IMG/VR virus record: IMGVR_UViG_3300010429_002123
From: a virus
Taxonomy: Duplodnaviria; Caudoviricetes
Length of the DNA stretch: 64,000 nt
Direction: 5' to 3' (one strand)
In this document: in pieces, positions 50,999-62,300 of the stretch
How the letters are laid out: each line of letters opens with the position of its first letter
Numbering within the stretch: the first letter of the stretch is position 1
Position numbers and translations under genes: made by a program
The notes under the pieces: model-generated
Databases searched by the model: none
What the model saw: the letters and a program-made list of their open reading frames with translations, nothing else
What the model was told of the DNA's origin: nothing

Positions 50999-53900
50999 GT
51001 GCAGATATTACAGACAAGACAGGTCATAGCATTTGATACAGAATACGTAGACCGTGACTTTCCTAACGTTGATGTAGTAGGAATGTCTCTTGCATGGAAA
51101 GAGAACGGCCACGTAGACGGTTGTTACATACCTGTTGGGCACACAACGGGGGAGTCACAGTTACCTATAGAACTCGTTGCCGGGGCTATGAAACCCATAC
51201 TAGAAGACCCCGAAAAATTGATAGTCATGCACAACATGAAAGCTGACATAAAAGCGTCCTGGCTTATGGGTATTTACATAGCGGACGCTCCTTACTGGAA
51301 CGCCCTTCTGAACGAGGGGATTACTATTCCTTACAAAAAAGCCATAAGAGAAACCCACTTATGGGACACCATGCTTGCCTCCTGGATACTCGAACCGGAA
51401 AGAGAAATTTCTCATAAGTTAAAAAAGCTTGTAAAAGAACTTCTCGGGTATGAGATGCAGGAGCTGACAGACTTTGCTCCCAGAGAAAAAGCCTTGTTTA
51501 CAAAAACAGGAAAACCAGTTAAGTTAAAAGCTAACGAAGTTGCCCCTGATGAAACGAAGGTTCAGATATTAAAAAAGAGCAAAAAAGCTCTTCTGAGAGT
51601 AGATAAAGTCCCCATAGCCTCCCTCGGCAGGTACGCCTGGGACGACGCCGTGTGGACTTATAAACTGTATGAATACTTCAAAAACATCATAGAAACCTCA
51701 AATGCGGGGAAGGATAACAAGATTTTCTATGAAGTTCAACTCCCCTTTGCTGTAGTGCTTACGGAAATGGAAATCATAGGCTCTCCCATAGACGTCGCTT
51801 TACTGAAAGACATGGAAACAAGAGCAAAAGCAGAACTGGTAACGATAGAGAATAGGATTTACGAGTTGGCAGGAAAAACCTTTAACATAAAGAGCACAAA
51901 ACAGTTAAATGAGGTGCTTTTTGACACTCTCGGCTTAAAGCCTGAGGGTGACATGAACAAAAAAGGGGAATACTGCACAGACAAAGACGTAATGAGAAAA
52001 TATAAGAGAGAGTATGATGCCTTTAAGGCAGGTCTGCAGAAAAAGGGGGCTGAATGTGAAATAGCCTACTGGATGCTAAAACAGAGAGAGCTTACTAAAC
52101 TCATCGGGACATATCTGGAAGGTCTCGTCCTGTTTGCCAAAAACGGCAGAATTCATACCAGTTTCAACCAGCTTTCAAAAGATGAGAGAACCGGAACAAA
52201 AACCGGGAGGTTGAGTTGCGTGGCTAAAGATACGTTACTCTATGTAAAGACCGGAAGAGGCCGGGGAAAACTTCAGGAAGTTGAAATATCCAAACTTGAC
52301 TTGACCATACCCACGAGAATTATGACATGTGAGGGAAGATATAAACCCATAAACAAACTGATTTTCAAGGGTGAGGACGACCTCTACGAAATAACCACAA
52401 CTGCCGGGTGGAGACTGGTATGCACAAAAGAGCATCAAATCCTAACCCCTCACGGATGGTGGGTATCTGTTGGAGGCTTATTCGTAGGGCAAGAGGTCTA
52501 CGGAAACAAGCATAGGTGCACTCCTACAAACTGCACAGGTTACAAAAGAAGCTTCATAACCGCTATACGTCCCTTTGGAAGAGGGGAAGTATGGGACATA
52601 GAGGTAGCAGAAGACCAGTCTTACTACGCCGGAGGCTTTTTAAACCATAACAGTTCGAATCCTCAAATGGGGCTACTTTCCGGTGACGGAAAGTTAGAAT
52701 CTCTGTTAACTCGGTGGAATCTAAGTTTCTCTCCAGAGGAATATGACAATACCGAGCCGAGCTTCGCAGGAATGCGAAGAAGGTGTAACGACTACCTTGA
52801 TGTAATCTAGAACAGATAGAAAAGGCACGAACACAGAGTATCTTAGGTTGATTACCAAGATTGACAAAATATTTCTCCCGTCTATAATAAGAGCGAGGTG
52901 AAGAAAAATGAGAAATGATTGGACTAAGTCTGAAATAGCGTGGTTCAGAGAAAACTACCCAAAACACGGGTTGCATTACTGTTCTGATATTTTAAAAAGA
53001 ACCACAAGTGCCATTCTAATGAAGGCACATTTATTAGGTTTAAAAAGACGAGGAAAAGGAAGAAAAGACAGGGTGTATACATACGACGGTTACATTACTG
53101 TTTCCTCTGAGGGTGATAGATACCAAGTGCACAGAAGAGTAATGGAAAACCATATAGGAAGGAAACTGTCAACAAAAGAGTTAGTTCATCACAAAGACGG
53201 AAACAGAAAAAACAATTCCATTGAAAACCTAGAAATTTTGTCAAGAAGTGAACACATGAAAATTCACTACCCGCAGAGAATGAGAAATTCAAAAGGTCAG
53301 TTCGCCTAAGATAAAGATATAGTCTGAACTTGCGGGAAACCGCAAGAATTTCAGGATAAAGAGCCTGAAAGGTAACAAAATGAATTTGCAGAACATCTCA
53401 CATAAGTCAGACTATAAGGTAAGGAAAGCCTTTAGTTCTTCCGGGGAAGAGGGCTGGAAATGGCTGAGACTGGATTACTCACAACTGGAGTTAAGAGTGG
53501 GAACTCACTTCAGCAAAGACCCGGAGATGATGAAAGTCTACATGAACGATGGAGACATTCACAGCACCACGGCAAAAGGAAGTTTTAATCTAGACTGTGA
53601 GGCCAGCGAAGTCAAGGCAAAATATCCCGGTTTTCGGGACAAAGCAAAAGTCGTCAACTTCGGTATGGTAAAAAATGCCGAAGCGGGGGAAGATGTAATC
53701 CCCATTAAACCTGCTCAAAACGGGGGAATCCGAAACATAGGCCAAAATCAGCTAAGTTGTGGGCTATCCCGTGCTACTCTTAAGGACAAGCGTAGTGTAT
53801 CGACTTTGCTTACTCGGTGTAGGGTAAGCATAAATAAACCGTCTGTTCTCTACTAATTAGAGAATAAATCAATCGAGTTTATTTACACGGCAGGCAAAAT

Positions 53901-56900
53901 GTGCTAAAGTTAATATAAAGGAGTGGTATGGATGACTGACGGACAGAAACTTTGTAAAAAATGTAAACTACCTTTTATACTAACAGGAAATAATCAACAA
54001 TATTGTCTTTTTTGCAAAGAGGACAGAGCAAGGGAGAGAGGGAGACTTCGTTACAAAAATACCCGCGTAACCCCCGTAAAAAAGGAAAGATTGGTTGGGA
54101 AAAATCACCCGGGGTTTAAAACGGGCGTAGGTCGTAGTTACTATTGTAAACTCGCCTTCTCAACATATGGGAAAATTTGCTGTCTCTGTGGGGGGTTACA
54201 GAACTTATGTGTTCACCACAAAGACGAAAACAGGTTTAATAATGAGGTTGAGAACTTAGAGGTTATCTGCAGAAGATGTCATGCTAAAAAGCACAATCTT
54301 CATAAGTCTTTACCAAAAGGGAATCGGTTGTCAGAGTGCAAAAAAGAGCAAGTAAAAACTTTTAAGAGGGACGAAAACGGAAAATTTATTAAAAAGCACA
54401 TTTAAAGGTATAGTCACACTGTATAGAAATTTACAGAAAAAGGATTTTTTACGGAATGGGACCAAGTTCTCTTGCAGAAACCATAAACAAAGAACTTGAC
54501 GACCCAAGAGACTTTTTAACGGAGGAAGAAGCTAAAAAAGCTATTTCAAACTTTATGGCTACTTACAAAGGCGTTTCACGTTATATTGAAAAATATAAAG
54601 ACATAGCCAGAGAAGTCGGGGTTGTAAAAACCCTGACAGGAAGAGCTCGCCCCTTACCCGCAGCGATGGTTAAGGCTCCCTGGAAAATAGCCGACCCGAA
54701 GGAGAGAAAAAAAGCTATTGAGGAAAAAGGACACGCCGAAAGGGCTGCGGTAAACTGCTTCGACGAAGAAACAGAGGTGCTTTCCCAAAGAGGCTGGCTT
54801 TCTTACAAGAACTTAACTGCCTCAGATGTGTTAGCCACAATAACGGGGGAAGGTGTTTTAGAATGGGACACTCTAATAGCTGTCAGTATGTTCCCGGGCT
54901 ATGATGAACCATGCATAGAGTTCTCTCACCCGGAAATAAGTGCCCTTACAACCAAAAATCACAGGTGGCTTGTATATGACAGAGTAGAAGCCAAAAACTT
55001 TTTTGTAACTACTGAAAATCTTTGTGCCCGGCACGAGATATTAAAAACTGCTACAAACCCACAGAAAGAAGCAGGTATTTCAGACATGGAACTTCTGAAA
55101 CACCCCCTTTCTCTGGAGTTTCTACTAAATCTGTCCCAAAGACAGTGCAGACTTCTTTTAGAAACCCTGATAGGAACAGGGTCTACTTCAATAAGCCCTG
55201 ACCTCTACCAGATACTGTGCTTTTTATCTGGGAAGAGCTATGAACTCTCCTTTAGAAACCTGTCTTCATACGCTGGATACACTCCCGGAAAGGACAGAGT
55301 TTATCTCCTCCCTGAGCACAAAAAAGAGAAAACAGTCTCTTTTGTCTGGTGCCCTACTGTAAAAAACGGGACGGTTGTGGTCAGAAGAAAGGGCACGGTT
55401 TATATCACCGGTCAAAGCCCCATTCAGGGGTGTCTCCCATCTTCCGCTCGAATTCTAACCCTTGAGGGATACAAGACTATAGACAACTTGATAAAGAGTT
55501 ATCCCGGAGAGAGACTGCAGGTATGGACGGGTTTTAACTGGAAACCAGCAAAAGTTCTCCCTATGGGTAAGGCTCCACTCATGAAAGTGACTTTTAAAAA
55601 CGGCTATAGTGTAAAGTGTGACAACCGTCACAACTTTAAAGTCCTTTCCGACAAACTGGAGTGGAAAAATATCTTGTCTCTTAAAGAGGGGGATATGGTC
55701 GCCACTCCTTACGGAGAGCAACACTTCGGGCAATACAACGCGAGAAACCTGGACATCTACAGGGGTAGAAATATTTGTGAACGGAGGTTTGACTATAATC
55801 TTCTCTTTTACCTCTCAGGTTTTCTGCTTTCGAGGGGAGAAATCATAGATGAGGGTGAGAAAACTCACATAAAGATTAGATTTACAACTTCTCTTCTTTC
55901 TAGTCGGGTCATAACCCTTGAAGAAAAAGTAAGAAACGTGCTTGTTAAATCTCTCTTAGAGAATGGAATCCTCTTTACCTGTGAGAGCAGGCGAAGAGAC
56001 GTGGGGACATCCCCCCATTCAGTTGTTGACCTTATAATAACTGACCAGCAGTTGCTTAAAGTTTTCTTAAGAGAGTTTGACGTCAGGAGTGGAAAAGTCC
56101 CTGAGCACATTTATAAGAGTGTCCACCCCTTACGCAGGCTGTTCTTAAAAGGTCTCGTGGAGGGAGGAGGACAACTCGACGGGAATAAAGTAATTCTTAC
56201 TTTTTCTGAACGTAATCTGGCTGAAGAGATAGCCTTTCTCTTAACCTCCGGGGGTTTTGTCTTCGAGGTAAAGAACTCTCCTAAGCTATCTCTATACCAG
56301 ATAACAATACAGCACAAACACGCCTTCCTGGCCTGGATTGGAATTTTCTCCGGCTCTTTCTACAACAGGACGAAGAAAAAATGTCCCGATGTATACATAA
56401 AAGAGTTTTTTGAAAAATTCACCCGAAACGCCAGAGGAAGGGTTACTCCCGGAATAACCCGCCAGTCCTACAGATACAAAGAACTGTTAGAGAAAAGACC
56501 AGAAAAATGCCATTTACATTTCCTGTACAAAATGGCAAGAGATTTCGGAATTGTCTTTGACGAAAAGTATGACTACCTTATAGTAGATAAAATTGAGTAT
56601 CTCGGTGAGGAACAGGAGATGTACACCCTTTCTGTTGACGACGACTTACATCAATTCGTAGCAGACGGGGTAATAGCCAAGAATAGTGCCGCCGACATAG
56701 TCTCAATAGCTATGAGAAACATTCGCCTGAAGCTCATGGAGACCGGAGACTGGTGGAAAAATTGCCAGCTCTTAATCCAGGTGCACGATGAGCTCAATTT
56801 TTTGATAAAGGAAACAGAGATAGAAAGGTTAGTTCCTCTCATAAAAAGTGAGATGGAAAGTGCGGTTAAGCTAAGAATACCCCTGGTGGTGGATTACCTT

Positions 56901-56930
56901 GTTGGGGTGAACTGGTTTGAGTGCAAGTAG
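50999..56930 (+). CDS. polA: family A DNA polymerase; exons ~50999-52663, 53383-53664 and 54444-56930; three inteins
   Basis: AFDTE exonuclease motif; spliced TGRLSSSNPNLQNI, DYSQLELR, AKVVNFGIFYGMG, NSPIQGSAADI, QVHDEL. Confidence 0.93.
52217..52651 (+). mobile_element. mini-intein 1 in Pol (145 aa)
   Basis: LS|CVAKD...TKEH...VWDIEV...NHN|S. Confidence 0.9.
52664..53382 (+). ncRNA. group I intron 1 in Pol
   Basis: Exon ends in U (CCT), intron ends in G; AAGATATAGTC element; splicing restores SNP-NLQNI. Confidence 0.9.
52908..53309 (+). CDS. intron-encoded HNH homing endonuclease
   Basis: HR.VME...VHHKDGNRKNN..ENL; internal promoter TTGACA-16-TATAAT at 52861. Confidence 0.9.
   Translation: MRNDWTKSEIAWFRENYPKHGLHYCSDILKRTTSAILMKAHLLGLKRRGKGRKDRVYTYDGYITVSSEGDRYQVHRRVMENHIGRKLSTKELVHHKDGNRKNNSIENLEILSRSEHMKIHYPQRMRNSKGQFA
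53665..54443 (+). ncRNA. group I intron 2 in Pol
   Basis: P1 CTTCGGT.AT/ATGCCGAAG with U-G pair; AAGGTATAGTC element; terminal G; splicing restores NFG-IFYGMG. Confidence 0.9.
53923..54405 (+). CDS. intron-encoded HNH endonuclease
   Basis: CCLCG...VHHKDENRFNN..ENL...C..CH. Confidence 0.9.
   Translation: MVWMTDGQKLCKKCKLPFILTGNNQQYCLFCKEDRARERGRLRYKNTRVTPVKKERLVGKNHPGFKTGVGRSYYCKLAFSTYGKICCLCGGLQNLCVHHKDENRFNNEVENLEVICRRCHAKKHNLHKSLPKGNRLSECKKEQVKTFKRDENGKFIKKHI
54756..55415 (+). mobile_element. intein 2 in Pol (220 aa, ends Gly-Gln)
   Basis: N|CFDEETEVL...TKNHR...VWCPTV...ITGQ|S. Confidence 0.85.
55431..56684 (+). mobile_element. intein 3 in Pol (418 aa, ends Lys-Asn)
   Basis: QG|CLPSS...MYTLSV...IAKN|S. 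Confidence 0.88.
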
Positions 56931-57866
56931 GGAAAACAATTATCCCGTCGAAACCGGCGGGATAATCTTCCCGTAAAAAGAAAGGAAAAAAGTATGTTAA
57001 TGAAAGCTAAAATATTAGGTGTGGACACACCCCCTGGAACAGTAACTTACGGGGTGAGGTGTACAGAGTGTGAAAAAGGACATGAGATTTCAGTCCCGAA
57101 AGAAGAGGGTTTTCCAGCAAAACTTGGAGATACTTTTGATAAAAGCGAGATACTGCAACACCCAAAAGGAAAAATAATCTGGCCTGTCAGGGAGCTGTGT
57201 CGCTCTTGCTTTAAGGCGAAAACAAGATGGTGTTATGACTGTGAGAAAAAGATGGAATTTGAGAAAAGTTACCCTGTGATGATAGAAAAAGAGTTAGTAA
57301 TTTTATGCGAAACGTGCAAAAAAGCGAGGGAAGACTGGAAAGAAAAAGGGGAAACCTGCCACCATTGTAAGGAACCCTTAAAGTATATGGACTATTGGAA
57401 AGTAGTAGAGGACATAACTAATACTGGTAAACCTTTTGAGCCTTATTTCCTCTGCAATGAGTGTAGAGACAGACAAGAAGAGGAGATTTTATCAAAATGC
57501 TGATGAAAGAGGTAGTCAAACTCCAGTCCGTTTCTTTTGTAGCAAAAGGAAGAGTAATTTGTGTGGGTGACGCTCCCGGAGCTTATAAAATTCAAATACT
57601 ACCTCCCCCACTGAATATACTCAGAGCACTGGGCAACATGTTTTTCAGTGCGGGGGGAATAAACATGTGGCCTTACATGCCAATACCCTTTCTCTTTTGT
57701 GAACTTCTGGGTTTTCCTAGAGAGCATCTGAAGTTACTGCACGCCGGTCTCGCCAGAGAAAAAGCCTGTGTCCTTACGGGAGACACTGAAAAGGATTTTC
57801 GTTATCACGAAAAGGAGTCTCGTTGCCACGAAAAGGATTTTCGTGATAACGAAAAGGAGGAGAACT

Positions 57867-58388
57867 ATGTTTTCAGAACTTGAAGGGGCACTTTCAGAAC
57901 TTGAATTTTACTCGGAAGAAGGCAAAATAAAAGGCTCAGCTTTAAAGGCGGGGAGAATCAATGCCAATAATAGAATCTACCCGGAAGAAGTAGTAAGGGA
58001 GGCTGTTAACAAGGCCAGAGAAAAGGGGGGTATCCCTGTGGTCTTTGCTGATTCTTCAATTGAAATTCCCACACCCATATCTTCTTTCTGTGGGGTAGTC
58101 ACAGACCTATCCATAGACGAGGGGTCTAACCTTATATTCGAGGCGAGCATTTTAGACTCTCCAAAAGGTCACCTACTGGCTGAGTCTTTACGAAGTGGTA
58201 TGTCTTTCACTGCATCTGTAAGCGGTTATGGTAGGGTTGAAGACCTCGATGGCCTAGTTCTTGTATCCGAGGGGTATGAACTAGAAGCCGTGCACCTTAC
58301 TCCCACGCGAGGGACACAGGTGCGAAAGCTGACAGAATTAGAAAAGAAACTGCTGGAAGAAAAAGCCTGTTTGTTCTACAGCGAGTAA
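57867..58388 (+). CDS. prohead core protease-like protein (T4 gp21 type), possibly inactive
   Basis: N.N.RIYP, ILD.PKG, SVSGYG; ends EEKACLF. Confidence 0.6.
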   Translation: MFSELEGALSELEFYSEEGKIKGSALKAGRINANNRIYPEEVVREAVNKAREKGGIPVVFADSSIEIPTPISSFCGVVTDLSIDEGSNLIFEASILDSPKGHLLAESLRSGMSFTASVSGYGRVEDLDGLVLVSEGYELEAVHLTPTRGTQVRKLTELEKKLLEEKACLFYSE

Positions 58389-59387
58389 AAGGCTTGACAA
58401 TTTATACAACTTTATGATAGAATTTTAGAAAAAGAGAGGAGTTTAGCAATGACTTTATCTTTATGGGTGCTGTCCGTCTCTGGTCTGATTCTTTTCACTC
58501 TCGGTGTAACCGTGGGAAGTGTGGCCATGCTGGCTTATATTTTTGTACAGGTTGGCTTAAGGGATAAAAAACCCGCACCGAGAGTTACCCCCAGACCCAA
58601 AGTAGACAAAGACCTGGAGGAACTGTTATGACACTTAAAAGACATTTTCAGAAGTTTATTTATGAGCATTTAAAACAGCGAACAAAAACAGACGAGGAAA
58701 GAACCCAACTAAGGGTCGCTCTTCGTGTGTTAGACACGGCTTCTACAATAGCCTTAGGTGCTCAACTAAATAGATTTCTAACCGGAGATGAGAACCAGCA
58801 CAAAAAAGCAAAAGAAACGGGGATATAATCATATGGATAAACCATATTGGTGTCATGTCTGTGAAGAGACATTTTTACCGGAACATTCCACGGCACAAAA
58901 CAATGAAGAATTCTGCTCAGGGGCGTGTGAACTGGTAATATTTCAAATGAATGTAGTTAAACAGTGTGAGCATTGTTGGCAAGACTACTGCACTTGTTGT
59001 TCTAAGGCCGAAAAAGCATTTGTATACTGCAGTAAAGAATGTGAGGACAAAGATAACCCAAGAAGCGAGCGGGGATTACAAATACAGACTGACTCTGTTA
59101 TCAGAAGAAACGGAGAAAAAAGATGATTGCTCTGTGTGACTGGTTCAGCAACTCCACCTCTTGTGCGAGTCTAACAGGACTTAATACCACCTTTACTACG
59201 AATACTGTCCATAATCTAGGTGATAACACTGTACCAAGTTGTTTTTCTGCCCGTGCTCTGCAGGTAATGTATCCTTCATGTCACTTAGACTCCGGCGATT
59301 ACGGGCGAAATATGCGAAAAAATGAAAAACGAAAAGTTACCTTCGTAAAGAAGCTAAAAATAAAAGAAACTAAGGAGAGAACTAACT

Positions 59388-62300
59388 ATGCAAGTAAACG
59401 GATATTTCAGATTAAAGAAGGACCACCCCCTCGTCCCAGAATTCAAAAAAGACTGTGTCCTTCCAAACCCTGAGTATTTAAACAACTTAAAGATGGGAAT
59501 ATCTACAAAGGGTCTTTCCCCCACAGACTTACTCTACGAGCAGGAAGGAGACGAAATTCTCTTTCCCAGAGGAATGGCCAACCGGCTAAAAGGAACAGAA
59601 GACATCAGGGACTCCATGTCTTACGGTAAGGCCGTAAACTTCAAAGAAAGAATAACCCTTCGACCAGGTCAAAAATCTTTTTATGAAAAGTTTGTAAAGG
59701 GTGTTACTGACCTTTATGGTGCCAGTGCTCAGGCCGGGTGCGGACAAGGAAAATGTCAGACACTTTCTACTCCTGTCCTTACGCCAGAGGGGTTCAAAAC
59801 TCTTGGAAACATTCTTCCCGGTGACATGGTAATAGGCCGGGACGGAAAACCCACGAGGGTGTTGCAGACTTTCAGAAACGGAGAAAAAGACTGCTTCAGA
59901 GTAACCTTTAGTGACGGAAGTTTCGTAGACTGTGATGATGACCAGCTATTTCAGCTAAAGAATTCGGAAGCTCCTGTCACTCTTAAGAAAATACGGAACA
60001 GTCCCCCGGAAAAATTGGAAGTCCCTTTGTGTGAACCTGTAGACTTACCGGAAAAAGAGCAGGTGTTCTCTCCTTACTTACTTGGACTTTTGCTCTCAGG
60101 AGGGGCTTTTAAAGAGGGAAAACTCTATCTGTATGACAAGAATGAGCAAGCTAAAAACACGGCAAAAAGTGCCCTTTTAAAAACCCACAAATTAACAGGT
60201 CTTCCGCTGGGAAACAGCAGAACTTTGATATTTGAAAGATTAAAAAATGTTTCGGAGGAACTTGACAAACTCCTCCAAGATTCCCTGTCTTCGCCGGAGC
60301 AACTCAAGAGTGTAGGAGGCTCTTCTTCTAAAATACCTTACAATTACTTATTCGGGAGTAAAAGCCAGAGAAAAGCTCTTCTTCAGGGTGCTCTCGACAT
60401 GGGAGGAAGGGGAAAAGCAAATGTCTGGGACTTCAAAACACAGTCAAGAACCCTGGCAAGAGGGTTAACCTTTCTGGTAAGCTCTCTCGGTGGTACTTGC
60501 ACAAGTTTTTCCAGAGAAAAAACCTACCATCTCAGAATTGTCCTTCCTGAGGACTTCTCCTCCCCGGAAGGCTGCGGGGAAACTCCCCATAAAAAAATAA
60601 AAACAATAGAGCCCATAGGAAAGAAAGAAGTAGGATGTCTATTGGTAGACAATAAAGACCATCTTTATTTAGTAACTGAAACCTGTACAGTAATACACAA
60701 TACAGTGGTGTGTCTAAAAGTAATAGCGTCCCTGCAGAAAACAGCTCTGGTAATTGTGCATAAGACCTTTCTTGTAAACCAGTGGATAGAACGCATACAG
60801 GAATTCTATAATATAGAAGATAAAGACATAGGAATACTCTCAGGAGATGACATAGACTGGGCAGACAAAAAGATAAGTGTGGCCTTAGTACAAACACTCC
60901 TGGCTAAAGACCTCCCAAAAGAGTTCTATAACTACTATGGAACAATCTGTGTTGACGAGGAGCACAGGTTCGGGGCAGGAACCTTCAGAACAGTGATATG
61001 GAGATTTCCCGCAAGATACCGCCTGGGGGTCACGGCAACGCCCACCAGAAACGACTGTCAGGAAAAGGTATTCTTTACACACATAGGAAAAATAGTCTCT
61101 GTAATGTCTGACAGCAGAAAACAGCAGGTGGACGTCCACATGGTAAAAACAAATATTCCTCCCATTACTAACGAGAGACCCTTCTATGACTTCAGAAAAA
61201 AGATAAATCTCACTAAGGTTGTATCCTTCTTAATAGAATGCGAGTCTCGAAACCTTCAAATACTCAACTACCTCGTCAAGGCTGCGGAGAAAGGCCGAAA
61301 AATATTAGTATTAAGTGATAGAAGAGGACATCTGGAAACATTATCTTCTTTATTAAAAGCCTATTGTAAAGCAAATGAACACAAAAACATAAACATTTCT
61401 CAAGGGTATTACATGGGAGGAATGAAGCAGGAAGACTTAGACATTTCTACAACAAAAGACGTGATATTCGGCACTTTTGCAATGGCCTGTATAAGCGAAG
61501 AACAGGACTTTATTGACTACGTGACAGGGGAAACACAGAAATTTAAAAACCTTGTCGGAAAAAGCGTAAACTGCATTACCCATTCAGGAAAGATAACACA
61601 GTCGGGAAAAGTCATTTCTTCAGGTAAAAAAGAGTGCTTTAAACTGACACATTCCTTTGGGGACGTCTTAGCTACGGCAGACCACAAAGTCTTAACCGAA
61701 AAAGGCTGGGAAGAAGTCGCTAAGCTATCTTTACAGAGCCATCTGAGCCTCCCCAAAAAATTGGAAATAGAACAGGTCATAGACACTCCTATAAAAACCA
61801 GCGAACTCTGGCTATTAGGCTGTTTCATAGGTGACGGAAGCATGAGCCAGTATAAAAAAGGGGTCTTGTCGTTCATTTCCGCAGACGAAGACGTCCTAAG
61901 AAACGTGAAAAGCATTTTAGAAACACATAACATGACCCTTAAAAAAGTGCGAAAATACCGTTACAGAGTCTGTGGGGAGGGAAAAAACGGAAAGGGAGTA
62001 AAAACATGGTTAAGACATCAGATAGAAAACCTCGGACTCGGGGTCACGGCACGCAGTAAAGAAATCCCTCAGCCCTTTCTACTTCTCCCGGAACAGAAAA
62101 TAGGAAGTCTGCTCGCTGGACTGTTCGACACAGACGGGTGCGTAACTAAAAGAGGAGAGATACTTTTCTCTTCATCTTCTCAAAAATTAGTAACACAAAT
62201 TAAGTTTTTACTCTGGAGGCTGGGTATTTTTTCAACCCTCTACCCGTCGGCGGAGAATATGATGTTTGTCCTAAGCATCTCCCGGAATTTTAGCGAGCAG

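Noticed and set aside
53380-53856. Pol ORF pieces as separate genes or a pseudogene
   Set aside because: Group I intron splicing restores the conserved motifs exactly.
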